This document shows, one piece after another, positions 1 to 12,574 of a DNA stretch of 64,000 nt. This DNA comes from Paraspadella gotoi (taxonomy: Eukaryota; Animalia; Chaetognatha): assembly GCA_051294375.1 (NCBI GenBank), contig CM119263.1, forward strand, positions 21,932,494 through 21,996,493, given 5' to 3'. A model generated the notes under the pieces. It was not told the origin of the DNA, did not search any database, and saw only the letters and a list, made by a program, of their open reading frames with translations. Positions within the stretch are counted from its first letter, which is position 1. Each line of letters begins with the position of its first letter. The position numbers and the translations under genes are program-made.

Positions 1-388
1 TGAATAAGCGATCTCGCCCCTGACTATGGAAACTTTCCATTAGACAGGCTCTCCATCACTTTTACAAGATAATGACATAGCTGGACCCTGCAAGCTTTCA
101 ACCAAGACTCTCTCACAGTCTCCTTTATTCACTCCAAGTGTAATCATTTCTATTTCTATTTCTATTTCCCAGAGTACCTGGCTTCCCTATCAATGAAGTG
201 GGGTAATGTTTCAAAGAATGTTTCAATTGGATGAAAAGAAAACTTCCTTAAGTATTAGATCGGGGTCATACCATATGGTACTCCCCCCCAGCATTAAAAT
301 ACAAGGAGCTGATTTTTATGAAATTAGTACAGCCAATATAAAAATTATCCATTCATTAAATAAATATGCTCCCCCAAATCCGCTCCAG

Positions 389-1021
389 GCGTCTCAGCTC
401 CGGCGGGTCGACCAGCGGCTCCTCCAAAGTCCTCAAAGGCTACAAACGCTTCTTCTTCCTTCAACCGGATCAGCAGCACATCTTCTACGCGGAGACGGAG
501 GAGAAAAAGAGAAGAGGAAAAATCACCAGAGCACTGAACGTCTCTGAGATCAAAGAGGTGAGAGAATGAATGAATGAATAAATATAAACGAATACGGCCT
601 TGGGCACGCCTATTGCGGCCAATGTAGCCTTTTGGCTCAGATATTAATATCGTTAATAATAACAACAGATTACTGTTCAACATTTAAGATACTAAACATT
701 ACAACGGAAACAGTTGTAGAACACGATTTAAAAATTAGTGTGTTTAGGACAATCGAAACCGTAAAAGTTAAGACAACAATGATTAAATGTTCTATCCTCG
801 TGGTAATAAAATGTAATTGGAGATTTGTACGTCTTAGGCTCATCAATTTCTTCTAAGATGTCTCGAAAAAGTGAATTGTTTTTGATGATGTTTTCTAGCC
901 TTCCTTTGGCTCTTGAAATGATTTTGTTTTTGAGGGAGGATTCTCCTGCTGCATCTTATACGAGAGGAGACAGAGAAAGAGAGAGAGAGAGAGAGAAGAG
1001 AGAGATAAGTAGATAATAGAT

Positions 1022-1057
<36 letters not shown>

Positions 1058-1318
1058 TAGAGAATGGGAAAAATCACCTGAGCACTGAACGTCTCTGAGA
1101 TCAAAGAAGTGAGAGAGAGAGAGAAAGAGAAGAGAAAGAGAAGAGGAAAAATCACCAGAGCACTGAACGTGTCTGAGATCAAAGAGGTGAGATAGAGAGA
1201 GAGAGAGAGAGTGAGAGTGAGAGAGAGGAGAAAAAAGAGAAGAGGAAATATCAACAGAGCCCTGAACGTCTCTGAGACAAAGAGGTCAGAGAGAGAGAGA
1301 AAGAGAGACAGAAGAGAG

Positions 1319-1353
<35 letters not shown>

Positions 1354-1567
1354 GAGAGGAGAGAGAGAGAGAAGAGAGAGAGAGAGGAGAAAAAGAAAAG
1401 CGCTGAACGTCTCTGAGAATCAAAGAGGTAAGAGAAAGAGAGAGAGAGAGAGATAGAGAGAGACAAAAGAAGAGAGAGAGAGAGAGAGAAGTAGAGAGAG
1501 AGACAAAAAAGAGAGAGCGAGAGAGAGAAAGAGAGACAGAGAGTGAAGAAGAGAAGATGAGAGATAG

Positions 1568-1605
<38 letters not shown>

Positions 1606-3831
1606 AGAGAGAAAGAAAGTCTGATTTCAAATCGAGACAGTGCCTCAAGAGAATGAACTGCTGACATGTCGTCGCATTAATCATTGATGGTCTTTCGTTT
1701 TCCGCCGATGACAACCGGCGGCGCCACCTGAGGTGACAAGAGACGAGAGCGACGACGACGACGAAAATCGAAATGAAAATTGAGTGAAAAAAAATGAAAC
1801 AAAAGGGACTTTAGCAGATTAAACGGACAATCTTCAAATAAAAGAAAAATGAATACAAAATAGGAATTACTAATAATAAAAGTGGATTCAATTTCAAGAA
1901 TACATACATACATAAAGTATTAAACATAACATAAAATAAAAAAGAGACCCTTCCCTTTATCCCTTTTATTCCTTTTTCGATGAAAACGTCACTCGCACCA
2001 AAAAAAAAAAAAAAAAATTCTCCGCCCATGAATTTTTCTCATTTTTCAAAACGACCAAACTTAGGCTCCGCTTTCCCCATTTTTTTATTTCACCGGCGGC
2101 GGCGCCACCGCCGTCCCATTATCACGTCATCCACCCCTGATACTCACCTTTACTTAAGTCAGTAATACCTCAAGCTGAGTTTGAACCATTTTGAGGTTTG
2201 ATTGGTTTGAAAAAATATTTTTCGCATTTTATCGGAAAAGTATTGTCATTTAACAAAATCATTTAAAAAAAGGTGGAGTCGCTATGCGTATATTCAACAT
2301 AAGACACTTTCTACTTTCTAAGAAATAATCATCTATGAAAGATTTAATTAAATCACATCTCGCAAACATTACATCTAACACGAACAAAAAACCAAGAATG
2401 ATTTCCCCCTACATTTGACTTTTTCTGAGAAACTGCCGCAATCACTAATCCTCACCATCCTTAGCTTAATCAGAAATAATTATACGAATCTTATTTTACA
2501 ATTCATCATAACCTTATCTACCTATCCCCGTTTCCGATCCTCCCTTTGTTCCCCAATACTATTAATTTTCAATCCGTTCAACGATTCCATCCTCCAATCG
2601 CTAAAGCAACTCTAAAAGCTCATCTAAAAACAAGTACAGCAAATCTTTCCTTTCGCCTAACCCCCTCCTCCTTCCCGCCATCCCCTCCCACCTTTCCCTT
2701 TCCGCATCCCCCATCCCCTCCCTTCTTCCCCCTCCCCTTCCCTCTATCCCCTCTCGTCTCCCTTTCCTTTTTCGACAAAAAAGGTACGCAAGGGAAAATC
2801 CCCCAATTCCCTCTTCCGTCACGATTGCTGGAGATCGGAGAACAACAACAACGACGACGACGACGTCAGTCAATCCACGGACCCAAGGACTCCGGACATC
2901 GAAGGCCGGAAGGGGCGCGTCGGTCGAGCGGGCCGTCTCGTCGCCGGCAGCGTCAGCGTCGATGGCGCAGCGCCGGGTTACGTCACGCCGTCCCGCGCCG
3001 GCGCCTGCGAGTTCGCGCCGGATCTGTCGGCGTCGTCCGCGTTCGTCCGTCGAGATCCTCCGGCGCTTCCCAACGGCGAGGGGCCGACGGCAGCGGGCGC
3101 AGCGTCGCCGCCGCTGACGCCCATGATATTTCGAGGAACGGGGCCGCGGCGGGCGCCAAGCGAAGGCGGCGGGGGCGGCGGCGGGGGCGGCGGCGGAGAG
3201 TGTCAGCATCTGAGTCATCAGTTCGACGAATCCCAATGCTTCTCTATCATTTTCGGTCACTACACGTCGCTGGCGTCACTGGATCTCGTGGCGCCGTCCG
3301 AGGAAGTGCGCGACGCGTGGGTCAAGGGTCTCAAGCATCTCATGCAGTTCTACAGGTACAATTCCTTCCGTTCGTTCGTTCGTTCGTTTGTTCTTCAATC
3401 CAACGATTACTAACACTGCGCATGCGGATTGCTTTGCACAAATATCGAATTTTAAAACCTCGAAATCTTTTTTCACCCACTTTTAGACATCAAAGGTAAA
3501 TTGATGAGAGAAAGAATGCGATAAAGTAACTTTTGATATATTTAATTTTATTATGTTATTTATTTCATGGGTCATCCTTTCGTCACCCTCTCGGCATTTT
3601 TTAATTCATGTGCACGGTTCTCCTCCCGTTACGACTCTCACTCCAAATTTGTTGCAAAATCGAACAATTAAAATCTAAAGTTTTAAACCTTTTTTAAGAA
3701 TTAACTGGGCATAATAATGGGCCGGTTGATTTAATCATTTTCAATGCTCTCATTGCTTTGTGTGATAGAGAGAGGAAGAGAGAGAAAAGATAGAGAAGTA
3801 GTAGAGCAGAGTAGAGAGAGAGAGTAAGAGA

Positions 3832-3874
<43 letters not shown>

Positions 3875-4326
3875 GTAGGAAAAGTCATACTCTCAATGTG
3901 TTTCCTCGGTGTTTTTCTTCAGAACCACCCCAAGATCAGTTTACCCGGTCTTCCGCCCTTTTTTCGATAAACGTGATTTCTGAGAAATCGGATGAGAGAT
4001 TTTAATCGGATTATTTCCTTTTCCACCCTCGCCTCCTTTGCCAATCCCCGCCGCCGTTTCTCTTCACTTCCACTCTGTGCTCTTTCTCCCCTTAACACCC
4101 CGGTCAACACCCCACTCCACCCATACGTCGAAACGACAGGAACCAAAACAATCCCTGTGCTCAGAGTTGGTTGCGACGCATGTTCCACTCCGCCGACAAA
4201 GACGGCAATGGAGTCCTGACTTTCGCCGAGGCCTACGATCTGCTACACCGGATCAACATCAAGATGGACAAGGCGGAAGCAGAGCGGATATTCAAGAAGG
4301 TTTGGGGCAGAGAGAGAGAGAAGAGG

Positions 4327-4389
<63 letters not shown>

Positions 4390-7300
4390 CAAATAACTGG
4401 TTCAAAACGAGATTTTTTGTGGGACAATCTGCATAAAAAAAAATAAAATTTTTAGGCTATGGTTTTATTTTCTTTACTGAAATTAAGATTGTTTAATTTG
4501 TTTGTTTATTAATCATATCTCAGGCGGATCACAAACCAGTCAAATCTGGCGAGAATTCCCCGACCAAGAGTCAGCGGGACGTCGGAGATTCGGGTGCCAA
4601 ACCTAACGGAGTCGCGTCGGAAAAGACCAACGGGGTCGCCTCGCCGACGCTGCTCAACGCCCCTAACCCTTCCACCCTCACCATATCTCCGTCGACGCCG
4701 CTGCTGCAACGGTCCTTCAAGAGCCGTGAGTTATGAGTTGACAAGACATAAAAATAAGATTATTTATCTACATAATAGTTCGAAAAAAGATAATTAATTC
4801 TCATATTTAAACATATTTGCTCTTCGGAAAAGTTGACTGATTTTCAAAAGACAAATTAAGGTTGGCTAAACCTAATTTTTTATCCTGTAAACCTTTATTA
4901 TTTAAAAAGCTTAATACTACTATGTACGAGGTAAAATTCTCCATGTCAAACAAACATTTCTTGACTGAATCTGGTCCAGCAAAACTCTATGTGATGGAAA
5001 AAGAGAAAGAGACTGTAAACAAAAAGTTATTGGGTAAACGAGGGGTAAATGATTTATCAATGCAATGTTTAAGAAAATATTTATTTCTCGAAAACGTTCT
5101 AAAAGTATTTTTTCTCCGTTGTTCCACTGTCGATTCCACTGTCAACCCCCCCGCCCCCACAAAGAAACTGTGACGACCGTGAAGACGGATTCGAATCTGG
5201 ACTTCGACGAGTTTTATCTCTTCTTCCGCTACTTGACTTTTCGAAAGGAGATCGAGGATCTCATGGAGATGTTTGGCCGGACGAGGTTCGGCCTCAACCC
5301 GGACGACACGGACGAGGACGAAGGCATCCTCACGCTCAGGTCCGCGGAGGAAGGGGGGAGAAGGGTTGGCGGGGGGAGGGGGGAGGGGGGGTAAGGTTAA
5401 AGGGGGTGAAGGGAGAGGAGAATCAAATCGATATTGAACAAAAGAGAAAAGCTTGTTCAGTCGGCACTACTTTCTTTCCTACTTTTCAGATATCTAAATA
5501 ATATTTGGTAAGCCTTTTAAAAACTAACCTTTGAGTTAATTAATTTAATATTCTTAGCTAAGCTCTGTAAATCTAATCTCCCCGGACAGATTGACAAACA
5601 GTCTGACCAAAAAGACTTTTAGTGAGACGCAGCCAACTAAAAACAAAAATCAATCCCACCTTCCCGCTTTACACGCCGATTCCCTTTTGCGCCACTCCAA
5701 CACCTTAAATGCTCCACGATCTTATCCTTCGCTCCTCTTTCCCAACAGCGCGGAGGAGTTCCAATCCTTCATGGTGAAGGAGCAGAAGATCGTCGACTTT
5801 ACCCCCGAGGACGCTGCCCGCGTCATCGCCGACTTCGAGCGGGAGGAGCGACTCCGCTCCAACGGCCTCCTCGGCTACGACGGCTTCCACGAGTTTCTCC
5901 GCTCGGCCGACGAGGGCGCGCTCATAGAATCACCCGCTGTCATGGTAAAGGGAGGTGCCGCAGTGGGATGGGAGGTTGGGACAGAATGGGAAGGTCGGGG
6001 TGGATTAAAAAAGTACATCTGAAAGGAGGTAGAATGGTAGCGGAAAATTTCATCGGAGAAAGTAAGGAAACGATAAAAACTATCGAATGACACAAAAAAA
6101 GAAAATCAATTTACATTTTCAAATCAATACTGTATATCTTTTTACATTGCCGAGTTTTATTGGATTTTTGTATAATGTCGTCAAGGTTTCCGATTGTCTG
6201 TTGAAACAAACGCTCGCTATCGCCCTGGAAATTTATAAAAAATATTAATACTATTCTGCGGAGATTGACATGAATAATTAAATAATTTTTTTTAAAAAAA
6301 GTTGATTTCTGGTCTTGTGACCAAGTTGTCATTTTATACTATTAACTGTGACTTGTGGATGAAAAAATAATATCAACTTTCAAAATTCATTAAAATTAAT
6401 ATGTTAAAGTTTTTTTTGGAATCGACAACGATTCATGGCATCGGCAAAGTCGTCACTTCCGGTCGCGAATTGACGAATAACCAAGAGCGCTTCCGTCGCT
6501 GCTGTTGGCTCTTGGTCTGCCTCGTTTCCTTGGTCGGGATGTCGTGGCAAATCTACGAGGTCATTGGCGAATATCTGAGTGGAGGCGTCGCCACGAAGAT
6601 CACGGAAACGACGGGACCGATACCGCTGCCCGCCGTCACTTTTTCCTTTTCCAGGAAATATTACAGCGTCGAATTGTTACGAAATTTTCTCTCGAATTGT
6701 GACATAAATTACGAAGCAGTTCGACAAATTTGCGAACGATGCAAAAATGACGACGAGTACGAACGGATCCTTGGAGAATTAATTAGCGCGGGTTTCGACG
6801 CTAAGCGTTTGGAACTGAAACCCCAGCATTTTTTTTCCGATTGGTTTCCTCGCAAACGGTTCGTAGAAACCGGACTTAACTGGACATTCAACGCTGACGG
6901 CACTTACTGGGTGATCCCAACCCAAAAATCATATCAATTCTTCATTAGAAAATTCGAAGGATCTTGTTTCACATTGGAGGATCAGTGTAAATTACCCACA
7001 GTATGGACGCACACGCCCAACGCCCCCTTTTCCGATTGGGAATGGTTGGCTCTGACCAAGTCTCACGATTTTATCAAAATTCGTTACGCCTTTTATTCGT
7101 CGACGATATTTATCAAAAATTGTATGAAAGGCGACACCTGGCCGAAACCGTTCGAGAACGCCACCGAAAACTATTCCCCGGAAAAATGCATCGAAAAGGT
7201 TTTCGAATTGGAAGCTTGCAAAAATGGCGGCAATGATTGCAAGAGAGCGATCGAAATGTGTCGACCCCTTTGCGAAAGTTCCTCTCCCGTGGGTCTCATG

Positions 7301-9435
7301 ATGTTTAGGCAAAAACAGGGATTCGTGGAAAGACAAGCGGCTTTTCAGATGAAGATCTCTGTGGGATACCAATCGTTGCTTCATCGTAGATACGAAGAAA
7401 TCCTCGTCATGTCATTTCCGCAAATGATTGGCACAGTGGGCGGACTGCTTGGTCTCTGGATGGGCGTCTCCTTTATTGGCCTCTTCGAAATCGTCGAGTT
7501 GATTTTGATGACTTCGAAATTCATTTCCAAAAAGATCTTTCACTTGGGAACGAAAAATCGAAAAGTCCAAAATCAAATTGAAATTTGAACTTTTAACTTT
7601 TAACTTTGAAGTTCAAAATGATTTTTATTTTATTATTTTTATTTATGTTTTGAAAATTCAGACGCTTTTTATTATTTAAGAATCCACAAAACTTAGTGCA
7701 AGTCAATAGATTTTGAATATAATTGCTTAACGTAATATATGAAAATCTTGCTAAGTATGCAGCTTGCGAATATTTTTTACCTTAATTTTCTTCGTATTGA
7801 TGCAATAAATTTACTTAACGCTTCACATGTCAACATATTTTTTGCACAATGTGACAAAGTGTTTAGTCATTAACACATTTTACCCATTTTTAAATATCAA
7901 CAAAAACGAAATATCATTCATGCAATTCTTTTATGTTCGACAGCACGACATGACGCAGCCCCTGTCTCATTATTACATCGCGTCATCACACAACACGTAT
8001 CTCATGGGCGACCAAGTGACTGGCAAGAGCAGCCGTGAAGCTTACATTCTCGCGCTGGCCAAAGGTAAGCTCGAGAGAGGTTTTGACAATGATGAAAATT
8101 GTGAAGTCATGTAATGAAATCAAATGAAATTTTTTTTCTTATCTCTCTCTCTCTCTCTCTCAGGCTGCCGCTGCGTGGAGCTCGACTGTTGGGACGGGTC
8201 CGCAGGCGAACCCGTCATATACCACGGTCACACGGCGACATCCAAACTTCCGCTCAACGAGGCGCTGGAGGTGATTATTAATTTTAATATAAAATTGTAT
8301 TAAGATAATGATTATACTATTCTAACATTTATACTAGGCGATACGAGACTATGCCTTCGTCAAATCCGAATTCCCGCTCATCCTGTCCATCGAGAATCAC
8401 TGCAGTCTCGAGCAACAGCGCAAGATGGCCGCCTCCTTTAGAGAAATACTGGGCGATCTACTTCACACAGGTGATTCGGTCACGCCCAAAAAAGATTAGG
8501 CCAAAAAAAAAATACGAAAAGTCAAAAAAGTCAATGTATAACTGTTAATTAAAACTAAGCTGATAAAATTACTATGTTTCATAGACGCAAAAGTTTTGAT
8601 ATTTCATTTTACACTTTTTGTCTACGTATACGAGGTTAAGTTTCATTAAGTAATGCTAATCGCTTGAACTACCAAAATGATAACAATAGTTGAAAAAGTG
8701 TTACAACTTATTATTATCGAGTTTTATACTCATCAATTTAAAATCTTTGATTGAAGATCCGGTTCCGGACGACGCCGAGAGCCTCCCTTCTCCGGCTGAC
8801 CTGAAGGGCAAAATCCTGATCAAAGGTCACAAACTGAAATCTGGTCAGGAGTCGATGGACGGGACCTACGAGGAAACAGAAGAGGAGACAGAGAACCAGA
8901 TCTGGGACCTCAGGTACCGAAAATGAAGCTAAGAAGTAAGCTGCGCAGATGTGCAGCTGTGCAGATGCTCGCTGTAAACTTACCATTTTTGAGTTCTACA
9001 GAGTAGCTTTAACTCTTGATTATTGTGCAAATCTGTTTCGTCAGTTGAGTGGAGTACAAAGAGAAAAGAGGTTTGTCCCACAAAGAGCTTTCTGAGTTTC
9101 ACGATAATTTTTTCACTTTTCACGTGTCGTTTCTCCGTCTTTCCCTCTCCTTCTCTATCTTCTTTTTTGTGCCTTCAATGTTTATTTCTTTTCCCGCTGC
9201 CTCTTTTGTCAATGAAATCGAAGAAATATTTTCGAAAAGGAAAAGATGAATTTTCTCAAAGGCAAAAACCAGCGGGGAAATCACAAGTAAGTGTTTCTCC
9301 ATTTTCTCTCGTTTTTTTTTCTTTTATTTTTTATTATTTCTATTTTTTGCGCGCAGACCGAAAATATTTTGACGAAGAACTTCCGAGGATTTTTCTCCGC
9401 CGAGAAAATCGAGAAAGCGGAAAGAGAGAGAAAGA

Positions 9436-9476
<41 letters not shown>

Positions 9477-12400
9477 GAGCTCGTCACTTCCGAAAAAAAA
9501 AGAAGTTCATCTCTATAGTAATTCCCTCTTCGATGTTTTAAGTTAAAAAAAAACACAAAAAAAAACAGTAACTGAGTAAGCTATTTCTGGAGCGCGTCGA
9601 AACGTTACGGCTGATCGGAATTAAGTAATATTTAAAATACTTAAAATAGTATGACCGCAGTCCGTCACTAGCCCTCTGATAAATAAGTAAATATTGGATG
9701 AGAAGGAAAGAAAAGAAAAACTTTCATTTCGTCGGTTTTTCATGCGACGGAAAGAGAGAGAGAAAATATGAAGGATGAACGGAAGGAAATAAATGGAGGA
9801 GAAAGAAGGAAACGAGGAAGGAAAAGGGGAAAAAGGAGGAGGAGGAAAGGAGAAGGGGAAAGATGAAAGGAAAGGAAGGAAAAGGAGGAAGGGAGGAGGA
9901 GGAAAGGGGAAGGGGAAAGATGAAGGGAAAGGAAGGAAAAAGGGGAAGGGAGGAGGAGGAAAGGGGAAGGGGAAATATGAAGGGAAAGGAAGGAAAAAAG
10001 AGAGTGAAAGGGAGAGGAAAGTATGTAGAAAGGTGAAGGAGAGGAATATGAGAATTGAGAAATGAAGATGTAGAAGGTACGTATGACAAAAATTTAAAAA
10101 AAAATAATAGAAAATAAATATGAGTGAAAACTAAAGATAACTTGGGGAAAGTGAATGATAACCAGCGAGAGAAAGCATGAGCCAACGTTGGGGCCGAGAG
10201 CGGGAGGGTACTAGAAGAAAAATATAAAAAGAAAAACTAAATGAAAGGGAGATAAGGGAAAGAATGATAATCGATGGTGAAAACCCGGGGGCGTGATTGA
10301 AACTTTGACTTCTCTTTCCTCCTTCTACTTCTGTGATGGATCGTTACTCTCTCTCTCTCTCTCTTTTCTCTCTCTCTCTCTCTCTCGTTTTGTCTCTCTA
10401 TCTCTCGCTCCTCTCAATTCTGAAGTCTAATCGATTGATTATTTTAAACGACAAAGCAATGTCAGAATTTGAAGCCGATGTGAAAGCGATTGCTATACTT
10501 TGAAGAAATAGAGAATAGAGATTGCTGGTTTGGATTTTAAATCTGGAGCCAATACTGAATTTCCTAAATCACCAGTCTGATTTCGATAATAGACGCCTAA
10601 ACTTTTCCGTCTTTAAACAAAGCGATTGTTGACTTTTGAGCCAAAACCCAGAGCGAGCTTTATTGATGTTTAAGTCAAAGCCATCCCCAGATTTGTTGTG
10701 GCGATCTCGAGAGAGATGTGAAAGCCCTTGATGTATTTCGCTTTCAGAAAATAGACTGTGTCGTGTCCAACCTAAAACGAAAAAAGTGATATTGCAATAG
10801 ATTAAGCTAAGGACACTGAAAAGAATAAACGAATAATTGTATTTTTGTTGATATATATATATAGTAGGGCGTTNNNNNNNNNNAAAAGAATAAACGAATA
10901 ATTTTATTTTTGTTGCCGTCCTTTACACAAGGAGAGCACTGGATACGATCTCAGCCTGCAGGTTGTAATCTACCCGTCGATCCCAAGGAGTCCTCCGCCT
11001 TCGACGCTCATCGATGAACGAGGAATTCCACTCTCGCAGAAAAAAAAACACATTCGGGCGGGGAATTTGTTTTTTCTTTCCCGCCGCCGGCCCCGGGAAA
11101 GTACAGGCGTCGCCGGGGCGGATGAAATGAGGGAAGAAAAACAATAATATTAGAATTAATAGTAATAATAATAAAAAATGTAGGAGGTGAAAAGGAAAGG
11201 GAAAGGAAAAGAGGGGAGTGTCGCCAGCACTAAGAAATATTTGCCTATAAATATAAAAAGAAGGTAATTTGTAGGGCATTTGGTTCAGACTGCTAAGTAA
11301 AGTATTCAGCGATTATCAAATACTGAGCTTAAGCTTCCTGTAATTATGAAATTGGTATATTGTGGCGAATCCTAAATTCGCCTCCCGTATAGCTTGGTAA
11401 AAACTCAGCTCGTCCCATTGTCTTGTACAGTTAAGTACTCGTTCACCAACCGTGAGTTCTGGATTCAATCCCCTCACGGTCACGCCAGTTAAAGTGTGAT
11501 GGTGACGGCATAAACACGCCAGTGACATGGGGTCCAAAGCCATTAGCGCCAGCTGTTGGCAGATGCCTCACAGCCCAGGCATCCCACATGTCCTCCCCCA
11601 ATTATCTTTGCTACTTGGATTAGACACTGGACAATATTTCCGTTGAAAATTATGCCACTCTAATGAACCCATAAACTACAACAAAAGCTATAAATCAGTA
11701 AAAGAAGCGAAGTAGAATTGACGAATTGACGATAACAATTTCGGTTGTTTATAGAGAACGTGACCATCTGGGCGCCGTTGCCGGCAAATGTCTGCAGACA
11801 AAAAAAACTTTTCTTTGTAGAATATAAAAACAGAGTTAAATGACAAAAAATCATAGAAAGAGATAAAGAGGATGGAAAACGACACAAAAGAGGAAAAAAG
11901 ACAAAATCAAGACAAAAAATTAAAGCAGAGAAATGGACCAAATAAACAAAGATAATTAAAAAAAAACTGAGGAAAAAGACAATAAAGAGGGGAAATGAAG
12001 AAGTAGATAAAAAACAATGTAAATAAGAGAATAAGACAAAAAGATAATAAAGAGAAAATTAAAAAAAAAAAACAGAGCAGAGAAAAGACAAAATTTAAAA
12101 AAAAAAACCGAGAGAAGACAAAAAAGGAAAGAGAAAAAAGTGTTTTTATCGAAGACTCGCGACGCCAGACGCCATCTTGAGCTCTTTGCGGAAATGTTCG
12201 TTTTGGGAAACAAGAGGTTTTTTGTGGAGGCGGGGGGGAGGAAACAGGCAGCGGCGGCGTGGTAATGACGTGGCGGTGGCGATGATGGTGGTGACGTTAT
12301 TGCGCTAAGGAATGGCTGTCTTAGGGGCTGCAGTGGAGGTGGTGTCTTTTGGTAGTCGGGAGAGTAGTAGGTTTGGCGGTACTGTTGCTGATGGTGGTGG

Positions 12401-12478
12401 CAGCGGGAATGATAAAGGTCGAGGAGTTAAAAACTTAATTAGGTTTTCGGTGGCTTCGGATAATGAAAAATGAAAGAG

Positions 12479-12574
<96 letters not shown>

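Noticed and set aside
173-202. Possible upstream PLC micro-exon (VPGFPINEVG)
   Set aside because: Phase fits, but the flanks look like a retroelement 3' tail ((TTCTA)n) and there is no PLC motif. Left out of the model.
2546-3499. 317-aa plus-strand ORF and 219-aa antisense ORF (2601-3260)
   Set aside because: Off-frame or antisense shadows of the GC-rich PLC exon 2784-3355, whose correct frame carries PH motifs.
10820-10915. Direct repeat aaaagaataaacgaataatt.tatttttgttg flanking Ns
   Set aside because: Sits on both sides of a scaffold gap, so it is most likely a contig-overlap artefact.
10931-11130. GC-richer patch that might be an extra PLC X-Y linker exon
   Set aside because: No acceptor/donor pair in the required phase 2. 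Exons ending 8913 and starting 14923 already join in frame.
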